Assembly: GCA_964016885.1 (NCBI GenBank)
Contig: OZ024764.1
Span: 9,734,001 to 9,798,000 of the forward strand
Reading direction: 5' to 3'
DNA from: Eledone cirrhosa
Taxonomy: Eukaryota
Length of the DNA stretch: 64,000 nt
The notes under the pieces were generated by a model. The model did no database searches and had not been told where the DNA came from. It saw nothing but the letters and a program-made list of their open reading frames with translations. Positions within the stretch are counted from its first letter, which is position 1. Each line of letters starts with the position of its first letter. The position numbers were made by a program, and so were the translations under genes. Below, in pieces: positions 51,881 to 63,999 of the stretch.

Positions 51881-51964
51881 TTAACTGATCCTCCTGTATT
51901 TTCTTTACCCAAAGCCAGGAACTTTTCAGCACCTGTGTATACATTCATTCATTCATTCATTCAT

Positions 51965-52294
51965 TTCATTTTAAGTCCGCTTTTTTCCCTGCTTGCAAGG
52001 GTGGGACGGGAACTGATTCTGGCTTGATTTCTACAGCTGGATGCCCTTCCTAACACCAACCTCATTTACAGTGAGTGCTGGGTGTTTTTTTGCCGTGGCA
52101 CCTACACGACCACTTTGCAGTGGAATGATAGGGACCCCAGTCCCTATCATCTCATTTCTACAGCTGAGTAAACTGGAGCAATGTGAAATAAAGTGTCTTG
52201 CTCAAGGAAACAACACATCACCCGGTCTGAGAATTGAACTCACAACCTTTCGATTGCAAGACCAATGCTCTAACCACTAAGCAATGTGCCTCCA
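51965..52294 (-). mobile_element. Full-length SINE family A
   Basis: tRNA-like head with A box and B box (GAGTTCAATTC), body, and RTE-like tail. Confidence 0.9.
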
Positions 52295-52331
52295 TGTATT
52301 CAGTGTATTTAATCTTTTCTGTCATTTGCAG

Positions 52332-52450
52332 AACCTTCACCGTACATATCAGAAAAAGCTTAATGAGATGATCGGCCTACAGGACAAGTGTCTTAAACAG
52401 ATTGCTCACCACAGATATCGTATGAAGGGTATACAAGAAACTTTAAAACG
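52332..52450 (+). CDS. TMEM120: TMEM120 coding exon 2
   Basis: TTTGCAG acceptor and GTGAGT donor, 119 nt, phase 0-2: NLHRTYQKKLNEMIGLQDKCLKQIAHHRYRMKGIQETLKR. Not in the ORF track. Confidence 0.9.
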
Positions 52451-52459
52451 GTGAGTAAT

Positions 52460-53005
52460 AATAATTATAATTGTTTCTACTTTTGGCACAAGGCCAGCAA
52501 TTATCCCAGTGTATTACTGGTACTTTATTCTGTCAACGCCGTAAGGATGAAAGGCAAAGTTAACCTCGGCGGGATTTGAACTCAGAATGGCAAGGGCAGT
52601 AACTCTGTGCGTCAAAGTATGGTGTCCGGCCCTCTACCGATACTGCCAGTCCCCTGCCCCTAATAAAAATAATTGTTTCTACTTTTGGCACAAGGCCAGC
52701 AATTATCCCAGTGTATTGCTGGTACTTTATTCTATCGACGCCGTAAGGATGAAAGGCAAAGTTAACCTCAACAGGATTTGAATTCTGAACGTAAAGGGCT
52801 GTAACTCTATGCTGCAAAGCACGGCGTCAGACCCTCTACTGATACTGCCAATTCACCGCCCCTAATAATAATAATAATAATAATAATAATGGTTTTTTTA
52901 TATAGGCACAAGGCCAGCAATTTTGGGGGAGGAGAAAGTCGATTAAATTGACCCCAGTGTGTGACTGGTACTTTATTTTATCGACCCCGTAAGGATGACA
53001 GGCAT
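52460..53005 (-). mobile_element. Three head-to-tail family-B SINEs
   Basis: Units at ~52465-52660, ~52665-52862 and ~52885-53000 (partial), with (TAA)n tails. Confidence 0.85.
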
Positions 53006-53107
53006 AGAATTGTTTCTACTATAGGCACCTACAGTCAGTAGGCACCTCTTAACCCAATATACACCCCACCTCACACACCCCACTCCATCCTCTCATTTCT
53101 GTCCACT

Positions 53108-53350
53108 GTGTCAATGTCACAACAAACAATACCCAGTCCACACTGTAAAGTGGTCATGTAGGTGTCACAACAAAAGGCACCCAGTCTACACTGTAAAGTG
53201 GTCATGTAGGTGTCACAACAAAAAGTACCCAGTCCACACTGTAAAGTGGTCATGTAGGTGTCACAACAAAAAGTACCCAGTCCACACTGTAAAGTGGTCG
53301 TGTAGGTGTCACAACAAAAGGCACCCAGTCCACACTAAAGTGGTCGTGTA
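53108..53350 (+). repeat. 48-bp minisatellite (~5 units) derived from SINE body
   Basis: Unit is GTGTCACAACAAAAGGCACCCAGTCCACACTGTAAAGTGGTCATGTAG; compare SINE sequence at 54905-54960 and 55050-55100. Confidence 0.85.
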
Positions 53351-53769
53351 AATATATGCGTGTGTGTGTAATGTTACCACCAACACCACCACCTCTACTA
53401 GTACCACCATCACAACTACCACTACCATGTTATCACAAACCCTACCACTACACCACCACCACCACCACACCATCACCACCACTACCACCACCATCACCAC
53501 TCCCACCACAGCACCATCATCACCACCACCATCACCACTCCCACTGCAGCACCATCATCACCACCACTACCACCACCACCACCACCATATAGATTATGTA
53601 CAAGAATGTGTGTCAAAGATTGCCAGAAATGAAGTGTCTCCCCTCTGCCCCCATCCTTGTAATCACCATAGCAACAAAAATTTCTAAAGACAAGCTCCTT
53701 TACCACCTCCACTCCTTACACTAGGCCAAGGTCATTGTTATATATATATATATATATATGACGTGTGTA

Positions 53770-53807
<38 letters not shown>

Positions 53808-53908
53808 GGGAGAGCGATAAAATAATGTACCAGTAATGCATTGTGATCAATTTAATTGACTTTTCCTTCCTCAAAAATTGTTGGCCTTGTGCCTGAAACA
53901 TAAACCAT

Positions 53909-54394
<486 letters not shown>

Positions 54395-54728
54395 ATAAAG
54401 TATGTCCATAGAATCATTTGATAAAATATCTACAGTATAATCAACCACACAAAAAAATCAATTAAACAAGGCTATAAGATTAAAAGACACCTATGAAGAA
54501 ACAATATTGTATGATTCTATGGATGTATTTTTTTGTATATTGCTCTGATTGTTGATTATTTAATTAATTAATTCGTTATTGAGCCATCCTGTGATGGTTG
54601 CCAAAAACACATATATATATCTATGGCTCTGTCTAGTTTATGTATAGGTAAATCTATATATTTTATATATATATATATATATAGACACACACACACATAA
54701 ACATATATACATATATATATATATATAT

Positions 54729-55040
54729 GGAGGCACATGGCTTAGTGGTTAGAGCATTGGCCTTGCAATCGAAAGGTTGTGAGTTCAATTCTCAGACCGG
54801 GTGATGTGTTGTTTCCTTGAGCAAGGCACTTTATTTCACATTGCTCCAGTTTACTCAGCTGTAGAAATGAGATGATAGGGACTGGGGTCCCTATCATTCC
54901 ACTGCAAAGTGGTCGTGGAGGTGCCACGGCAAAAAAGGCACCCAGCACTCACTGTAAATGGGGTTGGTGTTAGGAAGGGCATCCAGCTGTAGAAATCAAG
55001 CCAGAATCAGCAGGGAAAAAGCGGAAATGAAATGATGATG
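54729..55040 (+). mobile_element. Full-length SINE family A
   Basis: GGAGGCACATGGCTTAGTGGTTAGAGC...GAGTTCAATTCTC head. The tail has an internal deletion. Confidence 0.9.
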
Positions 55041-55254
55041 ATCATGAGATCGTGTAGGTGTCACGACAAAAAAACCTCCCAGTCCTCACTGTAAATGTGG
55101 TTGGTGTTAGGAAGGGCATCCAGCCGTAGAAAACCTGCCAGATAGTCTTATATGAGTGAGACATGGTCACCCGACCAACCTTGCCTCAAGTGGGACAACT
55201 CCCGTCTATCCCTGCTCGCGTGGAAGATAGACGTTAAACGAAGATGATGATCAG

Positions 55255-55299
<45 letters not shown>

Positions 55300-55384
55300 T
55301 GAATATATATATACTGTAAAGTAGTTGTGTAGGAGACACGACAAAAAGCACCCGTTAGGAAGGGCATCCAGCTGTAAAAAACAG

Positions 55385-55560
55385 GGTGGTGTATTGGCAG
55401 TATCGGTAGAAGGTAGGACGCCATGCTTTGAGTTACGACCCTTTATGGTCTGAGTTCAAATCCCGCCGAGGTTAACTTTTCCTTTCATCCTTACAGGGTC
55501 GATAAAATAAAGTACCAGTAATACACTGTGATAATTGCTGGCCTTGTGCCAAAAGTATGA
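55385..55560 (+). mobile_element. Family-B SINE
   Basis: ATTGGCAGTATCGGTAGA...GAGTTCAAATCCCGCCGAGG...GGCCTTGTGCCAAAAGTA. Confidence 0.85.
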
Positions 55561-55847
55561 AATTTGTAGAAATTTGTTTTTTTTTTTCTACAAATTTCAT
55601 ACTTGACGATCCAATGCATGTATACACACACCACACACACACCACAAACATATATATATGTATACACACCCACACACACACATATATATGTATGTATACA
55701 CACACACACATCATCATCATTTTACGTCCACTTTTCCCTGCTTGCAATATATACATGTATACATGTATACATGTATACATACACACGCACACAAACGTAT
55801 ATATACATGTATACACACACACACACATATATGTATGTATACACGCG

Positions 55848-55888
<41 letters not shown>

Positions 55889-55940
55889 ACACACACAAAC
55901 GTATATATACATGTACACACACACTCACACATATATATAC

Positions 55941-55989
<49 letters not shown>

Positions 55990-56014
55990 CACACACACAT
56001 ACATACATACATAC

Positions 56015-56083
<69 letters not shown>

Positions 56084-56179
56084 CATATATATACACACAC
56101 GCACACACATATACATATATACACACACACACATATATATATACATACACACATATATATCTACAATGTCTATTTCCAG

Positions 56180-56296
56180 AAACGTCAAAGATTTAAGTGC
56201 TGAAGACAAATCTGAGATGAAAGCCCTTCAGCAGAAACTTATCGACAGAAAGGAGGCCTTCCGTGAACTTGAGGAGTGTTTACCTCACCAGAATGG
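56180..56296 (+). CDS. TMEM120: TMEM120 coding exon 3 (gene continues beyond the window)
   Basis: TTTCCAG acceptor and GTAAGA donor, phase 2-2: NVKDLSAEDKSEMKALQQKLIDRKEAFRELEECLPHQNG. Matches the TMEM120 E..LP..NG motif. Confidence 0.9.
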
Positions 56297-56536
56297 GTAA
56301 GAAACCAGGATTTGGGGTCCCGTAAATTTTGATTGGGGGCTGCCCCTTTTTAAAAATTTTATATTATTTATTTTACTTTTTATTTTTTTATTTTCTGCTG
56401 AACTTGTTTCTCTGATCAGATAGATTTCCATCAACGATGCCCCCTCGCATAAGATACCCTGAAATCACCTGCCATGACTGTCCAGGGTGTCCTTAAAGTC
56501 TGGGGGAAGAGGTTTTTCTGGGATGACGTGCATTAA

Positions 56537-58596
56537 CCCTTTAGCATTTAAACCGGCTGTACCCGGCCAGAACTCTCTCACCTTCTTCTGTTCAAACTGG
56601 TTGTAACTGGCTGCTCATACTTACTTTAAGGTATTCTTCTCAAAATAAATAACATCAAAATCTCGAAGATTTGATATTATGTGAGATAATTTTGTAAGAT
56701 AAAGCTTTTACTGTGAAAATACAATAGTATATATAGAGTAATGTAAATGTTATGTGAGATATTATGTGAGGTAAAGCCTTTACTGTGATAATACAATAGT
56801 ATATATAGAGTAATGTAAATGTTATGTGAGATATTATGTGAGGTAAAGCCTTTACTGTGATAATACAATAGTATATATAGAGTAATGTAAATGTTATGTG
56901 AGATAATTTTGTAAGATAAAGCCTTTACTGTGAAAATACAATAGTATATATAGAGTAATGTAAATGTTATGTGAGATATTATGTGAGGTAAAGCCTTTAC
57001 TGTGACAATACAATAGTATATATAGAGTAATGTGAATGTTATGTGAGATATTATGTGAGGTAAACCCTTTACTGTGAAAATACAATAGTATATATAGAGT
57101 AATGTAAATGTTATGTGAGATATTATGTGAGGTAAAGCCTTTACTGTGACAACACAATAGTATATATAGAGTAATGTAAATGTTATGTGAGATATTATGT
57201 GAGGTAAAGCCTTTACTGTGAAAATACAATAGTATATATAGAGTAATGTAAATGTTATGTGAGATATTATGTGAGGTAAAGCCTTTACTGTGAAAATACA
57301 ATAGTATATATAGAGTAATGTAAATGTTATGCGAGATATTATGTGAGGTAAAGCCTTTACTGTGACAATACAATAGTATATATAGAGTAATGTAAATGTT
57401 ATGTGAGATATTATGTGAGGTAAAGCCTTTACCATGAAAATACAATAGTATATATAGAGTAATGTAAATGTTATGTGAGATATTATGTGAGGTAAAGCCT
57501 TTACTATGAAAATACAATAGTATATATAGAGTAATGTAAATGTTATGTGAGGTAAAGCCTTTACTGTGAAAATACAATAGTATATATAGAGTAATGTAAA
57601 TGTTATGTGAGATATTATGTGAGGTAAAGCCTTTACCATGAAAATACAATAGTATATATAGAGTAATGTAAATGTAATGTGAGATATTATGTGAGGTAAA
57701 GCCTTTACTGTGAAAATACAATAGTATATATAGAGTAATGTAAATGTTATGTGAGGTATTATGTGAGGTAAAGCCTTTACTGTGAAAATACAATAGTATA
57801 TATAGAGTAATGTAAATGTTATGTGAGATATTATGTGAGGTAAAGTCTTTACTGTGACAATACAATAGTATATATAGAGTAATGTAAATGTTATGAGATA
57901 TTATGTGAGGTAAAGCCTTTACTGTGAAAATACAATAGTATATATAGAGTAATGTAAATGTTATGTGAGATATTTTGTGAGGCAAAGCCTTTACTGTGAA
58001 AATATAATAGTATATATAGAGTAATGTAAATGTTATGTGAGATATTATGTGAGGTAAAGCCTTTAATGTGAAAATATAATAGTATATATAGAGTAATGTA
58101 AATGTTATGTGAGATATTATGTGAGGTAAAGCCTTTACTGTGAAAATACAATAGTATATATAGAGTAATGTAAATGTTATGTGAGATATTATGTGAGGTA
58201 AAGCCTTTACTGTGAAAATATAATAGTATATATAGAGTAATGTAAATGTTATGTGAGATAGGTGAGGTAAAGCCTTTACTGTGAAAATACAATAGTAAAT
58301 ATAGAGTAATGTAAATGTTATGCGAGATATTATGTGAGGTAAAGCCTTTACTGTGACAATACAATAGTATATATAGAGTAATGTAAATGTTATGTGAGAT
58401 ATTATGTGAGGTAAAGTCTTTACTGTGAAAATACAATAGTATATATAGAGTAATGTAAATGTTATGTGAGATATTATGTGAGGTAAAGCCTTTACTGTGA
58501 AAATACAATAGTATATATAGAGTAATGTAAATGTTATGTGAGATAATTTTGTAAGATAAAGCTTTTACTGTGACAATACAATAGTATATATAGAGT
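56537..58596 (-). repeat. piggyBac-type MITE with a 72-bp array (~27 units), interrupted by the Tx1 LINE
   Basis: TTAA|CCCTTTAGCATTTAAACCGG terminus and MITE body to ~56675, then the array, which stops mid-unit at TATAGAGT|GGTTTCTTTATT. Confidence 0.92.
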
Positions 58597-58833
58597 GGTT
58601 TCTTTATTTGCCACTAGGGCACAAAAGGTAGGGACAGATACAAGGGGGGAAGTTTACATATAATTAACGAGTACAAAAATATAACAATGAAATAACAACA
58701 ACAAACGAAGTCCTCAATAGGGAGGGGGCATTAACATGGGTCGCACACACCCCGGAAAAAATGTGTAACCCTTCTCCTCAGGAGCACAAAGAGTAGGTGC
58801 TTCCCTCGTCTCCGCTTTTTCCTCTTCTTTCAC

Positions 58834-61800
58834 CTACAGGCTGATATAGAGAGAAGACCCATTCACTCTGGCCATTCTCCCTACTTTCACCCACCTTTCA
58901 TAAAACTTGCTGGGGTAGAGCACCTCTCTCTCCATTCTGATCCTTCTTTTAAAATGGTATTTGAAAAAGGGGACCAGTTGTTGGCCGGAGAGAAAGGTGT
59001 CTGACCTCAGCCCTTTCAGCCTCGTCCACCATACAACTTCTTTAGCCATGGCTACCACACAGAGAAAAACCGCCTCTCCTTCGTTTTTGAAAGGGGGAGG
59101 CGGTTTGATCGTGACAATGGACTCGGTGGTCAACCGGATTGGTCCCACCCTCGACAGTAGTCGTTCCACATAGCCCCACAGGTCAGCAATGCCTGGGCAG
59201 TGTACGAATGCGTGCGCAACGGTTTCGTCATCATGCACGCATCTCGGACAGATCTTATTCAAAGGATCTCTACCCAGGCTCCCATGCCTGTGGAGCTTGT
59301 CTCGAACGGGTAGAGCCCCTCGGTAGCACTGCCAAGCCAGGGACTTTTGGAAGTTGTCCATCGGTCCAGGGCCAAACGTCCTACCGAACAGACTGGCCAG
59401 TTCATCTTCCTCCATGCCTAGAGCTTCTCCGAGAGCATCGTCGCACCTGCTGCGTACCAACCCTCTATAGAATGTCGAGGTGGAGTCTCCACTGATTGCC
59501 GGGTCCGCTTTCCAGAGGGCCGTGAGCGCCTGGGCACATTCAATGTGCCAGTCGCCCACTTTTCTCGGTCTTTGCTTGACCCAGGATTGCAGCTCGGTGA
59601 GCGAGACGAGTCTGGGAAAGGCTCGCCTCACAAACGGGGCCCACACCGGTTGACCGGTGAGGAATACCTGGAGGTGCCGTAGCCTTAATGCGTGTTTACG
59701 CATCTGTAGCCACGGCATCCCCAGCCCTCCTTTCGAAGGGTGTTGACAGCAGATGGATCTCCTCACCAAAGGGGTCCGCTTGTTCCAAAGAAATTGGAAC
59801 AGCGCGCACTCCATTTTGGCGAGTCTTTTCACTGGGCAAGGCACGACGGTCAAGCGGTAGTAGATGACGGATGCTATATAAGTATTCGCCACCTCCGCTC
59901 GACCTTTCAGGGATAGTTTGCACTGGGCCCACTTCTGGGTGAGTGCAAACACCCTGGCCGTTACCTCGTTCCAGTTTTTCTCCACCTGGAGGTCTGGTCC
60001 GAACCAGACCCCAAGCAGCTTCACCGGGCCCTCCGTCCAGCGTCCGACGACGTCGTTGGAGGGCATCGGTTTGCCTCTCCATGTTCCGAGTTGCAAACCG
60101 ACGGACTTGTCCCGGTTCAGCTTGGCTCCTGTAAACCTTTCATATTCCTCCAGTAAGGTGCCGATCTCACCGATTTGCGAGGTTTTCGACACCATTACTG
60201 TCACGTCATCGGCGTAGGCCGACGCCGCTTTCTGCAATCCCGGTTCCAAAGGGATGCCCTGCAACCGCTCCAACTTCCGCAGTAGTGGCTCAAGAGCCAG
60301 CACATACAGTAGGGAGGAGAGAGGGCATCCCTGTCGGATGGATCGCATGATTTGGAACGGCTCCGAGAGGTGGCCGTTCACCTTGACCCTTGAGCAGACG
60401 TTGCTGCTGTGCATCGCAGCAATCCAACCCCTGAAAACGGGTCCGAAGCCTGCCGCCGCGAGCACCGCATCCAGGTAACGATGGTCAACCCTATCGAAAG
60501 CTTTAGATTGATCCAAGTTGATCAGGGCCCCACCAAAGCCGGGTTCATTCCCTACCCTCTCTATGATGTATCGCATAAGGTGGAGATTGTCGTGAATGGA
60601 CCTGGACGGGATTGCGCATGTCTGCGCTTCTCCCACCAGGTTTCCAACGACAAGCGCCAACCTCTTCGCTAACACCTTGGCCAAAATCTTTAACTCTGTA
60701 TTTAGCAGAGTTATGGGCCTGAAGTTACTTATGTCATCCCCCTTGTTCTCATCCTTCCTCACCAGCGTAACTACGCCCTTGGTCACAGAACTGGGAATTC
60801 TCCCGTTCTGCTGCCAGTTGCAGTAGACCGCTTCGAGGATATCGGAGAACAAGTCCGGCATCGCTACATATAGCTCGTATGGTAGACCATCGAGACCCGG
60901 GGATTTGCGTTTGCCGCATTGGCTCAGCGCCGCCCCTATCTCAGCAGCTGAAATCGTCCTTTCGCAGGACTTCGCCTCCGCGTCCGAGAGGCGCGGCAGA
61001 CCGTCGAGGTATGGATTGAAATCCATAGTCTCACCCGGCGCGCCGCCCCTCTCGAACAGTCGTGCAAAGTGCCGCTGAAAGGCCGCACACATCTGCCCAG
61101 GTTCAAGGATCACACGCCCATCCTGGTCCTTCAAAGACCGAATCGTGGACTTGTTCCCACTTTTTGCCTCTGTCACTCGGGCCCAGCTTACAGCTTTGGC
61201 TCCCTCATTACCCAGAGCACGTATTTTACTCCTGACAACGCAGCCTTCATGCTTCACCTCAAAGAACTGGTCTAAGGCCATTCTTGATGCCAGCACGCCG
61301 GCTACATTGCCACTCCTAATCGCCTCTTCAACTCTATCTACTAATTCCCTTTCCGTCTTGTTCCTATCCCTTGCTAATTCCTGACTAAAACCTATCGATT
61401 CTATTCTAATTGCTCTCTTAAGAGAGCTCCACCACCTGTTGTTGACAATTGCCCCTGTCAAATTCTGCTTAACTAACGTGCTAATCCGTTTACTGTAAGC
61501 TTTGCTTCTCGGTAAGGACAAGTTCAGCTTCCAGTAACCGGGTCCCTGTCTATGGGTTCTATCAAGGTTGGCTATGCAGGTCACTAACTTGTGATCCGAA
61601 TAGTCAACCATGAACATTTTTGGACAGCTAAATGTGTCCCTATCGTTCTCTCTAACTAGGACCCTATCTAGGTACGACCTAGATGTTCCACTGCGATTGG
61701 TCCACGTCCATAGTGGTACAGTCGGAAAATCTAGTCGATATCTATCGGCCAGGTCAAATCGGCCGATTAACCTTTTGAGGCTTTTACACCCCCCTCTATT

Positions 61801-62271
61801 GGCACATGCCCCTACATAGTCCCAACGTGCATCCAGGATACCATTCCAGTCCCCCACTAAAAGCAAGGAGCGGGACGTTCCCAGAAAAGTTTCCAGACGT
61901 TGGAAGTATTCCGGCCGCGCTGCCCAAAAAGGGGCGTACACAGCTATTAGTCTAAGGGCTCCACTTTCACTACTGCCGACGTCTAAAACCACCAGTCGAC
62001 CCTCCGGGTCCAGGTGCACCTTCTGTATGGCGAGGCCCAGGTGTTTTCGCAGCAGAACGACAACTCCACCCCCACCCCCCGGTTGACAGAGAGATGCGAA
62101 GATCTCAAAGTCGTCGAAGAGGGGCGCCAGTTGGTGCTCGCTGCTGATCCTGGACTCGCAAATAGCCATTACATCCATTCTATGTGACCTGAGATCGTTT
62201 AAAAGTTTGCCTTGTTTCCAAGACAGTCCCAGGCCACGTACATTCAGAAACCCAACTCTTATATCAGCCAT
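58834..62271 (-). CDS. LINE ORF2: APE endonuclease, reverse transcriptase and C-terminal CCHC
   Basis: NVRGL, GDWN, YLDR and SDH (APE); KSPGLDGLP, FRPITLLNTELKILAK, LDQSKAFDRVDH, RQGCPLS, YADD and KLLG (RT); CPRC-x8-H-x4-C. 1145 aa uninterrupted. Confidence 0.97.
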   Translation of the reverse strand: MADIRVGFLNVRGLGLSWKQGKLLNDLRSHRMDVMAICESRISSEHQLAPLFDDFEIFASLCQPGGGGGVVVLLRKHLGLAIQKVHLDPEGRLVVLDVGSSESGALRLIAVYAPFWAARPEYFQRLETFLGTSRSLLLVGDWNGILDARWDYVGACANRGGCKSLKRLIGRFDLADRYRLDFPTVPLWTWTNRSGTSRSYLDRVLVRENDRDTFSCPKMFMVDYSDHKLVTCIANLDRTHRQGPGYWKLNLSLPRSKAYSKRISTLVKQNLTGAIVNNRWWSSLKRAIRIESIGFSQELARDRNKTERELVDRVEEAIRSGNVAGVLASRMALDQFFEVKHEGCVVRSKIRALGNEGAKAVSWARVTEAKSGNKSTIRSLKDQDGRVILEPGQMCAAFQRHFARLFERGGAPGETMDFNPYLDGLPRLSDAEAKSCERTISAAEIGAALSQCGKRKSPGLDGLPYELYVAMPDLFSDILEAVYCNWQQNGRIPSSVTKGVVTLVRKDENKGDDISNFRPITLLNTELKILAKVLAKRLALVVGNLVGEAQTCAIPSRSIHDNLHLMRYIIERVGNEPGFGGALINLDQSKAFDRVDHRYLDAVLAAAGFGPVFRGWIAAMHSSNVCSRVKVNGHLSEPFQIMRSIRQGCPLSSLLYVLALEPLLRKLERLQGIPLEPGLQKAASAYADDVTVMVSKTSQIGEIGTLLEEYERFTGAKLNRDKSVGLQLGTWRGKPMPSNDVVGRWTEGPVKLLGVWFGPDLQVEKNWNEVTARVFALTQKWAQCKLSLKGRAEVANTYIASVIYYRLTVVPCPVKRLAKMECALFQFLWNKRTPLVRRSICCQHPSKGGLGMPWLQMRKHALRLRHLQVFLTGQPVWAPFVRRAFPRLVSLTELQSWVKQRPRKVGDWHIECAQALTALWKADPAISGDSTSTFYRGLVRSRCDDALGEALGMEEDELASLFGRTFGPGPMDNFQKSLAWQCYRGALPVRDKLHRHGSLGRDPLNKICPRCVHDDETVAHAFVHCPGIADLWGYVERLLSRVGPIRLTTESIVTIKPPPPFKNEGEAVFLCVVAMAKEVVWWTRLKGLRSDTFLSGQQLVPFFKYHFKRRIRMEREVLYPSKFYERWVKVGRMARVNGSSLYISL

Positions 62272-62292
62272 GTTGGTTAAAAGAGGAAGGAC

Positions 62293-63999
62293 CTACCTGT
62301 TCGGCTCCTGAGGAGCAGGTTGCACAATATCCATGGGCGTATTGGAGGGGTTGTTTGGTGGGGTGTTGTTCTGTGGTGGAGTGGGGGTGTTTGGTGAGGT
62401 GTGGGTGGGGAAACGTTTCAAGAGGACGCGGTTATAGGGTCGAGTACATGTTTTCCCCACGTCCTCAGGAAAGTTCTCTCTTAGTTTTGCATAGGTGTCC
62501 ATTGGGAGTCTTATCATTTTTAAATGCGGTTTGTTGGCCGCGCTTGCAAAGAATTGCCCTTCAGTTTCCACCAAAGGGTCTTTGTGTATTGTTTTTACTA
62601 GTTCTTTGTTATTTGTGTTGATGTATGTATACTGTTTTATTTGTGTTGTGTTTGTTTGTTGTTCTTGTGTGTGCTTACGTTTTGTTGTATGTGTTATGTT
62701 TTGGGGTGGGGCGGATTTTGTTTGTTCTGTTTGTTTTGTTTTTGTTGGTGGTTGTGTGTTTGTTTCGTTTATGTTCGAGTGGTGCTTTCTTTTTTTCCTT
62801 TTTACAGGTTGGAAGGGTTCCCCCTCTTCGTCACTAGGTGCCGTTTCCGCTGGGTCCTCGTCCGTGCTGTCGGGTAGTGGTGTATTTTGGGGTTTTGTTG
62901 TATTTGTGTGTGTTTTGGGAGTTGTTTTGGGTGGGGCCGTGTCTTGTGTTATTTTTCCCTGTTGTTTTTGTTGTTGTTGTGGTGGTGGTGGTGGAGGTGG
63001 TGGTGGTGGTGGTGGTGGCGGTGGTGGTGTGTGGGGTGTAGGCAAAAGAGCCTTTTTTTTTGTCAATTGAGGACAAGCAGCCCTTAGATGACCCCTGCTT
63101 GAACAGTAGTAACATATGGGCCTCCTACCCTCGGCTGAAATATATATAAATGTTTCTCCATCGAGGGACACCCTCTGTGGTATTCTAGCGATTCGTTCTG
63201 GTCTCATTTGGACCAGAACCTCCACGCTCAAACCGCCGAAAACGTCTGTGGTGACTTCTCCTACTGAGAGGATTCCGTCCTCGTCTTCTAAAAATCCTGT
63301 TAGTACCCAGGAAATGCATGCATTTGGCCGGATTCCGGAGACCCTTATCTTCTGCGTTCTTTTCCCTAAATATGTGGGGAAAAATGTATATATCTTGGAA
63401 ACAATTGGTGCCACAGAGTATTTCCTGGCCGTCAATTGATCCTTCATTAGGACCGTTATATTCCCATAGAGTGGCCCTTTTTGTATGAACGATATATCAC
63501 TCCACACATTTTTTAGGACCAGCTCAATCTCTTTTTGGAATAATTGAGTTGGTTTCCTTGTTATGTTGGAAATTGTTCTGAAAGATATCGTTCTTAGCGT
63601 CGTGTCTCTTTTGATTTCTTGTGGGGAGGTGATTGTGAAGTCTCCTCCTTCTTTGAAAGTTACATACTGTTTCGCTTCCTTCATCTTTTCTCTCAGAGTT
63701 GTAATGTCCAGTTGCTTGCAGGTTTGTGTTTTCCGGACCGCCTGTGCAAAGGAGGTACCAGTAGTGGGTTCACTTTGTTTGGTGTTATCGTTATTTTTTC
63801 CTTGGTTGGTGTTGTGACTATTGCTGTTATTGTCGTTGATGTTTTTGTCTGCGTTTATGTGACTTTCTGGGTTTTCACCCATTTCTACAAATTTTTCTTT
63901 TAATTCCGTGTTCCATGTTTCTTTTGCAGAAGTGAGGAGGGAAGACTTAGAGCCTTGTGCTTCTAGCTTCTCTGTATCACCTTTCTTAGGGGGCGTGGC
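62293..63999 (-). CDS. LINE ORF1 (gag-like, zinc knuckle); frame open to the window edge
   Basis: CYYCSSRGHLRAAC knuckle, SFAQAV motif, Pro/Gln/Thr-rich tail and basic KRKKRK. No stop codon between the ATG at 63882 and position 64000. Confidence 0.88.
   Translation of the reverse strand, partial: ATPPKKGDTEKLEAQGSKSSLLTSAKETWNTELKEKFVEMGENPESHINADKNINDNNSNSHNTNQGKNNDNTKQSEPTTGTSFAQAVRKTQTCKQLDITTLREKMKEAKQYVTFKEGGDFTITSPQEIKRDTTLRTISFRTISNITRKPTQLFQKEIELVLKNVWSDISFIQKGPLYGNITVLMKDQLTARKYSVAPIVSKIYTFFPTYLGKRTQKIRVSGIRPNACISWVLTGFLEDEDGILSVGEVTTDVFGGLSVEVLVQMRPERIARIPQRVSLDGETFIYISAEGRRPICYYCSSRGHLRAACPQLTKKKALLPTPHTPPPPPPPPPPPPPPPPQQQQKQQGKITQDTAPPKTTPKTHTNTTKPQNTPLPDSTDEDPAETAPSDEEGEPFQPVKRKKRKHHSNINETNTQPPTKTKQTEQTKSAPPQNITHTTKRKHTQEQQTNTTQIKQYTYINTNNKELVKTIHKDPLVETEGQFFASAANKPHLKMIRLPMDTYAKLRENFPEDVGKTCTRPYNRVLLKRFPTHTSPNTPTPPQNNTPPNNPSNTPMDIVQPAPQEPNR

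Noticed and set aside
51903-51942. Mariner-like terminus (TACACAGGTGCTGAAAAGTTCCTGGCTT on -)
   Set aside because: Only one short end with no partner TIR in the window, too little to annotate.
54729-54800. tRNA gene (similar heads at 52225-52294 and 54205-54273)
   Set aside because: These are SINE heads that continue into a shared body and LINE-derived tail, with no proper acceptor stem.
58961-63903. Short plus-strand and alternative-frame ORFs overlapping the LINE
   Set aside because: Shadows of GC-richer coding sequence, with no recognisable motifs.
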